This document shows, one piece after another, positions 56,577-64,000 of a stretch of DNA of 64,000 nt; the stretch's first letter is position 1; every line of letters begins with the position of its first letter. The position numbers and the translations under genes are program-made. The stretch is from Oscillospiraceae bacterium (lineage in GTDB: Bacteria; Bacteroidota; Bacteroidia; Bacteroidales; WCHB1-69). Location of the stretch: the NCBI GenBank assembly GCA_963603365.1, contig CAVCMI010000009.1, positions 9,346 to 73,345 of the forward strand, in the 5' to 3' direction. The notes beneath the pieces are model-generated. The model was not told where the DNA came from and made no database searches. It was given only the letters and a program-made list of their open reading frames with translations.

Positions 56577-56613
56577 AAAAAAAAGGGACTGCATTTGAAC
56601 AATCCCTTTTTTT
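56577..56613 (-). terminator. Terminator downstream of tRNA-Glu (bidirectional hairpin)
   Basis: AAAAGGGA (56581-56588) pairs with TCCCTTTT (56603-56610). On the minus strand it is followed by T8. Confidence 0.55.
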
Positions 56614-56615
56614 AG

Positions 56616-56687
56616 TAGCGTGTAGGAGAATCGAACTCCTATTGCAAGATTGAGAATCTTGATTCCTAACCATTAGAAGAACACGCC
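56616..56687 (-). tRNA. tRNA-Glu (anticodon CUC)
   Basis: Hand fold: acceptor GGCGTGT/ACACGCT (G1.U72 wobble), D-loop AATGGTTA, anticodon arm CAAGA-TTCTCAA-TCTTG, T-arm AGGAG-TTCGATT-CTCCT. Confidence 0.78.
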
Positions 56688-56714
56688 GTGGCATTCAGTG
56701 CCTCAAAGGCGCGG

Positions 56715-56722
56715 CAAAAATA
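56715..56722 (-). promoter_or_regulatory. -7 box (TATTTTTG on minus strand) upstream of tRNA-Glu
   Basis: The reverse complement of CAAAAATA, 28 nt upstream of the tRNA 5' end. Confidence 0.5.
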
Positions 56723-56881
56723 CACTTTTTTTATTAATCCGCAACTGCTCCGCAATCATTTTTTTAATCTGCGGAAAATACTGAAACCCAACATTAAAGA
56801 CATCTTGAAAGCATACGGCATCCTTCACATTCTATGCGGCATATCGTGTCTGAGAAGGCAAATGCTGACAAGACAGGCAGC

Positions 56882-57724
56882 CTACTGCGTCAAATTGCGC
56901 AACATTCGGATCTCCTCTTGCCAGAGGCTTTCATCCGGCGTTTCGAGAATTAGCGGCATATCGTCGAAGCGCGGGTCTTTCATAAAAAGACTGAAGAAAT
57001 TGAGCCCAAGGAGTCCTTTCCCAATGCTGTCGTGGCGGTCAACCCTTGAAGCCAGTTCCTTTTTTGTATCGTTGAGGTGGATAGCCTTGAGGTAAGATGC
57101 ACCCACCGTGTTGTCGAACTCGCGGAATGTATCGTTGTAGCCCTCAACCGTCTTAATGTCATAGCCGGCGGAATAGGTATGGCAGGTGTCGAGGCACACG
57201 CCCACCCGCTGCTTGTCTTCCACCCTGTCGATGATATATGCCAGATGCTGGAAACTGAACCCGACATTAGACCCCTGTCCTGCAGTGTTTTCTATAACTG
57301 CCGTCACGCCTCGTGTGCGGTCAAGCGCTATGTTGATGCTCTCGGCAATGCGGCGGAGGCACTCCTCAAGCGGAATTTTCTTCAAATGGCTTCCCGGATG
57401 GAAGTTCAGCATCTTGAGCCCCAACTGTTCACAACGCTGCATCTCGTCAAGAAAAGCGCTTCTTGACTTATCAAGAGCCTGCTTTTCGGGCTGGCCAAGG
57501 TTGATGAGGTAACTGTCGTGTGGAAGAATGTATTCGGGCTTAAAACCGTGCACCTCACAGTTCTCCTTGAACCTATCTATCGACTTGTTGGTAAGCGGCG
57601 GCGACACCCACTGACGTTGGTTTTTGGTAAACAAGGCAAAAGCGTTGGCGCCAACTGCGGCCGCATTCACCGGGGCATTCTCAACCCCTCCGGTTGTGCT
57701 GACGTGCGGTCCAATGTACTTCAT
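56882..57724 (-). CDS. nfo: Deoxyribonuclease IV (endonuclease IV)
   Basis: 280 aa, [10 protein letters not shown]...HDSYLINL...CLDTCH...HLNDTK. Confidence 0.92.
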   Translation of the reverse strand: MKYIGPHVSTTGGVENAPVNAAAVGANAFALFTKNQRQWVSPPLTNKSIDRFKENCEVHGFKPEYILPHDSYLINLGQPEKQALDKSRSAFLDEMQRCEQLGLKMLNFHPGSHLKKIPLEECLRRIAESINIALDRTRGVTAVIENTAGQGSNVGFSFQHLAYIIDRVEDKQRVGVCLDTCHTYSAGYDIKTVEGYNDTFREFDNTVGASYLKAIHLNDTKKELASRVDRHDSIGKGLLGLNFFSLFMKDPRFDDMPLILETPDESLWQEEIRMLRNLTQ

Positions 57725-57725
57725 C

Positions 57726-58523
57726 TCAATTGATCTGATAGCCGAGCATTATCTGCAGGTTGAAATTGCGGCGTGACAATCCCGTGATATCCGTTATCTC
57801 AAGCGCCATGTTGTTCAGCAGACCAAAGTTAGCCGCCGCACCGATATAGAATCTGGAAACCTTGTAGTCGAGTTCTAAAGAGAGACCGAAATCAACCCTT
57901 CGGGCAATCCGTCCATTATACAACACCTCTTCTTGCACAAAGTCATCGGACAGCATCTGTCTGTAAACGCTTATTTTTTCGTTTTTCCAAGGGTCAAATT
58001 CAATCTTTTCCGAATAGTTTACACCTGTTGAATAGGCATAGCTACCCTTTCCGGTCAGCTTTCCGCCGGCAGTCACGCTGAGATACGGTCCGGCTGCTAC
58101 TTCAAAACACCTGTTTTCACGCACGGGAATTGCATATTTCACCAACACGGGAATGCAAAAATTGTGTGCCGTGGTCTTTTCCGAATAGTCAACGCTGCAA
58201 GTCGAATCGCCGGTTTGGCGCACCGACTGCTCGGCGGCCCCTACGACCAGTCTGGCATAAGAGAAACCCGTACGCAACGAGAGCCGTTCTTTCAGCGGTA
58301 TTTCGACACCGACCCCGGCAGCATATCCTGACTTGAGACCATAATACTGGTCGGGGAGTTTGAACGTGACATCGGCAGTCTGTTTTTGATTTGCGAAATA
58401 GGTAGCAAGCGTATATCCGGCATGGAGGTCTACCTTAACCTTGGCCTCATTCTGCGCAAAGGCAGAAACTGACAGCAGCACCGCCAGCGTCAAAAGCGCA
58501 AGTCGTTTCATGCTTGTCATCAT
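57726..58523 (-). CDS. Outer-membrane beta-barrel (porin-family / OmpW-PorT-like) protein
   Basis: Signal peptide ...LLSVSAFAQ, alternating amphipathic strands and a C-terminal aromatic-rich end (IMLGYQIN). The family is not resolved. Confidence 0.55.
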   Translation of the reverse strand: MMTSMKRLALLTLAVLLSVSAFAQNEAKVKVDLHAGYTLATYFANQKQTADVTFKLPDQYYGLKSGYAAGVGVEIPLKERLSLRTGFSYARLVVGAAEQSVRQTGDSTCSVDYSEKTTAHNFCIPVLVKYAIPVRENRCFEVAAGPYLSVTAGGKLTGKGSYAYSTGVNYSEKIEFDPWKNEKISVYRQMLSDDFVQEEVLYNGRIARRVDFGLSLELDYKVSRFYIGAAANFGLLNNMALEITDITGLSRRNFNLQIMLGYQIN

Positions 58524-59554
58524 TAAGCCAGTTTAATGTCAACTTTCCCGGTATCGGTAACTTTACCTATTACGGAAGCCTTTTCGCCAAGTTTTTCAAA
58601 CAAGTCGAGAACGTTGTTTTTGTCTTCCGGGGCAATGAGCAGCACCATGCCGATGCCCATATTGAAAATGTTGAACATTTCGCGGTGGTCCACCTTGCCG
58701 TATTTTTCAAGGAACGGGAATATGGCAGGCATTTCCCAACTGCCCTCTTCAATAAAGATTCCTTGTCCCTCTTGAAGTGCGCGAGGAATATTCTCATCGA
58801 ATCCGCCGCCTGTGATGTGCGAGATGGCGTGGACATCAACTTTTTCGAGAACCTCCAGCACCGGGCGCACATATATGCGCGTAGGGGTCAACAGCACATT
58901 GCCCAATGTGTCAGGCAGTTCGTAATATTGTTTGGAAAGGTTCATCTTATTGTCTTTAAGTACAATTTTGCGTACCAGCGAGAAGCCATTGGAGTGAACG
59001 CCCGAGGAGGCAAGTCCGACAATCAGGTCGCCAGTTTTGACGCGGCTTCCGTCGATGAGGCGCGACTTTTCGACTGCGCCAACTGTAAAGCCGGCGATGT
59101 CGTATTCGTCTTCGGAGTACATATCGGGCATCTCGGCAGTCTCGCCGCCGACAAGAGCGCAATTGGAGAGCACGCAGCCGTCGGCGACACCCTTGACAAT
59201 GGCCTCAATCTTGGCCGGGTCGTTCTTGCCCACGGCGATATAGTCGAGGAAAAACAGCGGGGCGGCGCCCTGAGCCAGCACGTCGTTCACACACATAGCC
59301 ACTGCATCCTGTCCTATGGTGTCGTGCTTGTCCATCATAAAAGCAATTTTGAGTTTTGTACCCACGCCATCGGTGCCGCTTACAAGCACCGGTTCCTTGT
59401 AATTCAGTGAGGCAAGGTCAAACATGCCGCCGAAACTGCCTATGTTGCCCATCATACCCGGACGGTTGGTCCGTGCTATATGTTTTTTTATCAGGCGCAC
59501 AGACTCATATCCTGCTTCCAAACGGACGCCTGCTTCTTCATAAGATTTTGCCAT
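58523..59554 (-). CDS. purM: Phosphoribosylformylglycinamidine cyclo-ligase (AIR synthetase)
   Basis: Start at [10 protein letters not shown]. Motifs GTDGVGTK and VGGETAEMP. Confidence 0.93.
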   Translation of the reverse strand: MAKSYEEAGVRLEAGYESVRLIKKHIARTNRPGMMGNIGSFGGMFDLASLNYKEPVLVSGTDGVGTKLKIAFMMDKHDTIGQDAVAMCVNDVLAQGAAPLFFLDYIAVGKNDPAKIEAIVKGVADGCVLSNCALVGGETAEMPDMYSEDEYDIAGFTVGAVEKSRLIDGSRVKTGDLIVGLASSGVHSNGFSLVRKIVLKDNKMNLSKQYYELPDTLGNVLLTPTRIYVRPVLEVLEKVDVHAISHITGGGFDENIPRALQEGQGIFIEEGSWEMPAIFPFLEKYGKVDHREMFNIFNMGIGMVLLIAPEDKNNVLDLFEKLGEKASVIGKVTDTGKVDIKLA

Positions 59555-59580
59555 AAGAAAAATATGTTGTGTGAAACAAT

Positions 59581-60654
59581 TCAAATTATCAACATTGCAT
59601 CGCCGTAAGTCAGGAATCTGTATTTCTCTGCCACAGCTTCCTTGTAGGCGCGCATCACAAAGTCATAGCCGCCGAAAGCGGCCACCATCATCAGCATAGA
59701 GCTTTGAGAGGCATGGAAGTTCGTGATCATCGCATCTCCCACCATAAAGCGGTAGGGCGGATAGATGAACTTGTTGGTCCAGGCATCCATCTTGCCGTTC
59801 ATTTCAGTGGTTTTGACGTGCCCGCTGGCATACACGGACGACTCTATAGCCTTAGTAGTCGTAGTTCCGACCATTACCACCTTATGTTTTTCCTCTTTTG
59901 TCTTATTGATCAGGTCTGCCACCTCGGCTTTGATAATCATCCTTTCGGAGTCGGGTTTATGCTTCGACAGGTCTTCGACATCGATATCATTGAAATTGCT
60001 CAATCCGGCATGAAGGGTAATATAGGTTCGTTCAATGCCTTTGAGTTCCATTCTTTTCAGCAGTTCGCGGCTGAAGTGGAAGCCGGCGGCAGGGGCCACC
60101 ACGGCACCCTCTTCTGTAGCATAAAGCGTTTGGTAGTACCCTTCGTCTTCCGGCACAATCTCGCGCAAACGCTGGATGTCTTCCGGAAGCGGCGTCGTGC
60201 CGAGTTCCATCAGTTTTTTCTTGAAAGCATCATGGTCGCCGTCAAAGAGGAATCGGAGCGTTCTTCCGCGTGAGGTTGTGTTGTCAATCACTTCAGCCAA
60301 CAGACTTTCGTCTTCACAGAAGCAGAGTTTGTTGCCGATGCGTATTTTGCGGGCCGGGTCCACCAGCACGTCCCAAAGACGGCTTTCCGCATCCAATTCG
60401 CGCAGCAGGAAGACGCGGATCTTGGCTCTGGTCTGTTCTTTCTCGCCGTAAAGCAATGCCGGGAACACCCGGGTGTTGTTCATGACAAACAGGTCGCCTT
60501 CGTCGAAATAGTCAAGAATATCCTTGAAAATCTTGTGCTCAATAGTTTTTGTCTTGCGATTTAAGACCATCAAGCGAGCCTCGTCACGCTCCTTTGCAGG
60601 ATACAAAGCAATCAGATCCTGAGGCAGGTAGTACTTAAATTCTGATAATTTCAT
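59581..60654 (-). CDS. queA: S-adenosylmethionine:tRNA ribosyltransferase-isomerase
   Basis: Start at [19 protein letters not shown]. 357 aa with [11 protein letters not shown]. Confidence 0.93.
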   Translation of the reverse strand: MKLSEFKYYLPQDLIALYPAKERDEARLMVLNRKTKTIEHKIFKDILDYFDEGDLFVMNNTRVFPALLYGEKEQTRAKIRVFLLRELDAESRLWDVLVDPARKIRIGNKLCFCEDESLLAEVIDNTTSRGRTLRFLFDGDHDAFKKKLMELGTTPLPEDIQRLREIVPEDEGYYQTLYATEEGAVVAPAAGFHFSRELLKRMELKGIERTYITLHAGLSNFNDIDVEDLSKHKPDSERMIIKAEVADLINKTKEEKHKVVMVGTTTTKAIESSVYASGHVKTTEMNGKMDAWTNKFIYPPYRFMVGDAMITNFHASQSSMLMMVAAFGGYDFVMRAYKEAVAEKYRFLTYGDAMLII

Positions 60655-60673
60655 TGTACAATAATTCAGCGCG

Positions 60674-60681
60674 CAAAGATA
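60674..60681 (-). promoter_or_regulatory. -7 box (TATCTTTG on minus strand) upstream of queA
   Basis: Matches TAnnTTTG, 20 nt upstream of the ATG. Confidence 0.5.
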
Positions 60682-60753
60682 CAACAAAAAACAACGTTTG
60701 TCAAGTGCATTTTTGCGCCAAAGGGGACCAAGGCCCTTGGGAAACAGACTATT

Positions 60754-61620
60754 TCATGTTCTGCGGAAACGCTGATGGTTCTGGAAACGGATCTCCTTTT
60801 CAATAGTCCGCATCTGCTCGCGCATTTCAGGCGTGAAAAAGGATTCTGCCACTTTCTCTTCTATGTACTCTACCGCCAGTTCATTGGGATGACTGAGGTC
60901 TTTGGCATAGAATCTGTAGTCGCGAAGGTCGTCCATCAGAAACTCGTATGCCGGGAAATAGAATGTCGTTTCATTATCGACAAGCCGGTCCACCGCCAAC
61001 ATAAGCGTTGACTTGCTCAATGTGTTCTCGTGAACATTGTCACCGGCATGGCGTACAGGGCTGACCGTGAATATGATTTTCAATTCGGGGAAACGATCTT
61101 TCAGCATCGTCAGCGTTTCGTTCCATTGCGAGACTATTTTCTTGACATCCAGGCGGAAACGCTCGAACCAGTTGTTCGGGATTCTGTGGCAGTTGGAGAC
61201 AATAAGGTCGCGCGGCATGAATTTGTAGCAGAATGCTGTGCCGAACGTGATGAAAAGATAGTCAGCGCGTTGCAGAAACCGGGATGCCTGATCCAGTTGC
61301 TCGTCTATATTTTTCTCAAAATCTTCATAATTCTCCTTTGAAAACCGTCCATGATGGGCAAAACTGACCCAAAGGTCTGAAGTTCTGTAGAAATATCGGT
61401 TCTTGTCGAAGCTGGCGGGCTCCATCAACATCCTGAGTGCTCGGTCAATGGACACAGGATTGAATAGCACGCCGAACGGGTTGGAGCACACGTCAAACCG
61501 ATGCCGCTTGAAATAACTGCCAATGTGGTCTGAAAAACAGGAGCCCAGCAGCAGCAAAGAGTCAGCGCTGTTTATATGGAAAGGATATTTTGGAGCCGGT
61601 ATGTTTGCACGGAAAATCAT
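60754..61620 (-). CDS. GSCFA domain-containing protein
   Basis: 288 aa. The N-terminal LLLLGSCFSDHIG carries the eponymous GSCF motif. Confidence 0.78.
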   Translation of the reverse strand: MIFRANIPAPKYPFHINSADSLLLLGSCFSDHIGSYFKRHRFDVCSNPFGVLFNPVSIDRALRMLMEPASFDKNRYFYRTSDLWVSFAHHGRFSKENYEDFEKNIDEQLDQASRFLQRADYLFITFGTAFCYKFMPRDLIVSNCHRIPNNWFERFRLDVKKIVSQWNETLTMLKDRFPELKIIFTVSPVRHAGDNVHENTLSKSTLMLAVDRLVDNETTFYFPAYEFLMDDLRDYRFYAKDLSHPNELAVEYIEEKVAESFFTPEMREQMRTIEKEIRFQNHQRFRRT

Positions 61621-61629
61621 AGTGTATGG

Positions 61630-63993
61630 TTATTTTGGGATAATCAGTTTCGCGAACTTCAGCAGCAAGGTTTTAGTGCCGACGGTATCGAACCTTACCT
61701 GTGCTTTTTTGTCCTGGTCGTTGCCCTCGACAGAGAGCACATTGCCATAGCCGAATTTGTTGTGGTAAACCCTGACACCGGGCTGTATCTGGCTGTTGGA
61801 GGCCGGCGTACCCATCTGTTCCTGACGCACTTCTGTCTTGTTCTTGACGACGGGGCGGGCATCAGCCGTTCCCAACGGACGGCTGCCATGAACCGGACGG
61901 AAACGTGACTCTTGCGGCTTTGAAAACAAACTGCCTCCTGACTTCCTGGAAAAAGAGCCCATGCCACTGGAAGCCTTTTTTGCAATGTTCAAGAACTCGG
62001 GAGGAATCTCGCTCACGAAGCGGCTCTCTTCACAGAATTGCAGCGACCCGAAGCGATAACGTCTCTGCGCTTCGGTAAGCGTTACGGACTTTCTGGCACG
62101 CGTGAGCGCTACATAGAAAAGCCTGCGTTCTTCTTCCATTTCCTGCCGAGAATTGGCACACATTGAAGAAGGAAACAGATTCTCCTCCATTCCCGTGATA
62201 AAGACATAGTCAAATTCAAGACCTTTTGCCGAATGTATCGTCATCATCTTCACCCTGTCTTCCCCCTCTTCCTCCTTGTCGTCCTCTTCATCGCTCAAAA
62301 GGGCGATGGATTCCATAAAGTGGTCAAGGGAAGGGAAATAGGCTTCCATAATCTCCCCTGTCGTCTCTATGAAACTGTTGTCGGGATCTTTCCCTGTAAA
62401 GCTTTTCATCGAATCAAGCAGTTCTTCCACATTCTCGCCGCGCTCTTTCTCTTCCGCATTCTCGTGCAACAACTTGGCGATGCCTGTTTTCTGAACGATC
62501 CGCTTGCCGAGTTCGTAGGCGTCTTCTGTCGGCAGATCGGCGGAGAAGCCGCGTATCATATTGGCAAACTCTGTCAACTTGTTCGCTACAGCCCCGCTGA
62601 CATCCAGTTTATATTGTTGCGGATTTGCAATCACGTCCCATACTTGAGCGCCTTGTTCGGCAGCGGCAGCGAATACTTTTGACATCGTCGTTTCTCCAAT
62701 GCCTCGCATCGGAAAGTTGATGACACGGCGCAGCGACTCTTCGTCATAATGGTTGATGACCAGCCTGAAATAGGCTAAAACATCTTTGATCTCCTTGCGT
62801 TTGTAGAACGAAAGCCCGCCATAGATTTTATAGGGTATGTGACGTTTGACCATCGCCTCTTCGAGTGTGCGCGACTGCACGTTGGTTCTGTACAGGATGG
62901 CGAACTGCTTGTTGGCGGCATGTTCATTCATTTTGGTTTCAAAGATAGCGTCCGCCACAGCATGCGCCTCGTCATTGTCGCTGTCCGCACTTATCAGATT
63001 TATTTTGGCACCCGACTCGTTGTCTGTCCATACATCTTTTGGCACCTGGTCGCGGTTGTTTTTGATGATGGCATTGGCCGCATTGACAATCGTCTGGGTT
63101 GAGCGGTAATTCTGTTCGAGTTTATAGACCGCAGCGTCCGGATAGTCGCGCCTGAAGTTGAGAATGTTCTGAATGTCAGCGCCTCTGAAGCCATAAATGC
63201 TTTGGGCATCGTCTCCCACTACGCAGATGTTATGGTTTTGGGCTGCCAATTTTCTGACAATCAGATACTGGGCGAAATTGGTATCCTGATACTCGTCAAC
63301 TAAAATGTAAGAAAAGCGACTCTGGTACTTGTAGAGCATCTCGGGGAAGTCACGAAGCAGGACGTTCATATAGAACAGCAAATCGTCGAAATCCATGGCA
63401 TCCGCCAGTTTGAGACGTTTGTTGTAAGCAGAAAAGATTTCGGCCACCATCGGCTTCCCTGCGGCCCTGTCTGCTGCCATAATCTCGCCGTTGTTGGCAT
63501 ACTCCTGTTCAGAAAGCAGATTCGACTTTGCCATAGAAATGCGGTTGAGCACATAGTTGGGAGCATATTGCTTGGGGTCAAGGTTCAGGTCTTTCACGAT
63601 GTTGCGGAGCAGCGACTTAGAGTCATCGGTATCATATACGGTCAGTCGTGCTGAATAGCCTAACTTTTCGGCTTCCATGCGGAGAATCCTGTAAAATACG
63701 GAGTGGAAAGTGCCCATTGTGACGGCTCTTGCCACGTCACCGCCCACAAGATTTGTGATACGGCTGCGCATTTCGGCAGAGGCCTTGTTCGTGAACGTGA
63801 GTGCGAGAATATTGTACGGACTGATGCCCGAAGCCAACATATAGGCAATGCGGTATGTCAAAACCCTTGTCTTTCCTGCCCCAGCCCCCGCAATCACCAT
63901 CACTGGACCATCTATCTGTTTAACAGCATATTGCTGTTGACTGTTCAATTCTGAAAGTATCGATTCTTTATTTGTCATCCTTGATTGTTTCAA
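61630..63993 (-). CDS. UvrD/PcrA/Rep-family ATP-dependent DNA helicase
   Basis: 787 aa with Walker A AGAGAGKT, DEYQDTN and the TIHSAKGLEF motif. An alternative start is MTNKE at 63978. Confidence 0.9.
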   Translation of the reverse strand: MKQSRMTNKESILSELNSQQQYAVKQIDGPVMVIAGAGAGKTRVLTYRIAYMLASGISPYNILALTFTNKASAEMRSRITNLVGGDVARAVTMGTFHSVFYRILRMEAEKLGYSARLTVYDTDDSKSLLRNIVKDLNLDPKQYAPNYVLNRISMAKSNLLSEQEYANNGEIMAADRAAGKPMVAEIFSAYNKRLKLADAMDFDDLLFYMNVLLRDFPEMLYKYQSRFSYILVDEYQDTNFAQYLIVRKLAAQNHNICVVGDDAQSIYGFRGADIQNILNFRRDYPDAAVYKLEQNYRSTQTIVNAANAIIKNNRDQVPKDVWTDNESGAKINLISADSDNDEAHAVADAIFETKMNEHAANKQFAILYRTNVQSRTLEEAMVKRHIPYKIYGGLSFYKRKEIKDVLAYFRLVINHYDEESLRRVINFPMRGIGETTMSKVFAAAAEQGAQVWDVIANPQQYKLDVSGAVANKLTEFANMIRGFSADLPTEDAYELGKRIVQKTGIAKLLHENAEEKERGENVEELLDSMKSFTGKDPDNSFIETTGEIMEAYFPSLDHFMESIALLSDEEDDKEEEGEDRVKMMTIHSAKGLEFDYVFITGMEENLFPSSMCANSRQEMEEERRLFYVALTRARKSVTLTEAQRRYRFGSLQFCEESRFVSEIPPEFLNIAKKASSGMGSFSRKSGGSLFSKPQESRFRPVHGSRPLGTADARPVVKNKTEVRQEQMGTPASNSQIQPGVRVYHNKFGYGNVLSVEGNDQDKKAQVRFDTVGTKTLLLKFAKLIIPK

Positions 63994-64000
63994 AGGCAGC

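Noticed and set aside
58514-59410. 298-aa plus-strand ORF opposite purM
   Set aside because: It is antisense to purM ([17 protein letters not shown]) and is a shadow ORF.
1-64000. CRISPR arrays, IS elements, integrases, prophage or defence-system genes
   Set aside because: I looked for regularly spaced direct repeats and for transposase, integrase, restriction or toxin-like translations in all listed ORFs and found none. The window appears to be core chromosome.

Overview
This 64 kb window reads as core chromosome of a Bacteroidota (Bacteroidales-like) organism. The evidence is repeated TAnnTTTG -7 promoter boxes, almost no Shine-Dalgarno sequences, a short 286-aa primary sigma factor, a T9SS C-terminal sorting domain, a GldD homolog and an S46 dipeptidyl-peptidase. 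I support 57 CDS (one truncated at the 5' window edge) and 4 tRNAs: Trp-CCA, Thr-GGU, Cys-GCA and Glu-CUC. I also support several Rho-independent terminators and about 20 promoter boxes. Coding density is high and most genes are housekeeping. They cover translation (tuf, rpmE2, rpmA, rplU, fmt, queA, trmH), replication and repair (mutS, holA, uvrD-like, nfo), nucleotide synthesis (pyrBI, purA, purM, nrdJ, gmk), secretion and envelope (secA, lspA, mltG, gldD, M23/LysM peptidase) and proteolysis (lon, HtrA-like, DPP7-like). I saw no CRISPR array, transposase, integrase, phage module or recognisable defence system, and I cannot point to a clear novel multi-gene system. The best candidates for a second look are these. 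(1) A 1008-aa exported protein that looks like two fused, motif-less TldD/PmbA repeats. (2) A two-cysteine DsrC-type protein co-oriented with a NarI/DsrM-like membrane protein, with no DsrAB or DsrK nearby. (3) A repeated palindromic element upstream of nrdJ, and an orphan LutA-like CCG protein directly downstream of it. (4) Palindromic back-to-back promoters that reuse an identical 20-mer. (5) A TTG-initiated pyrB with a perfect Shine-Dalgarno, which is unusual for this phylum. All family assignments come from reading the translations and recalling motifs. No database search was run.
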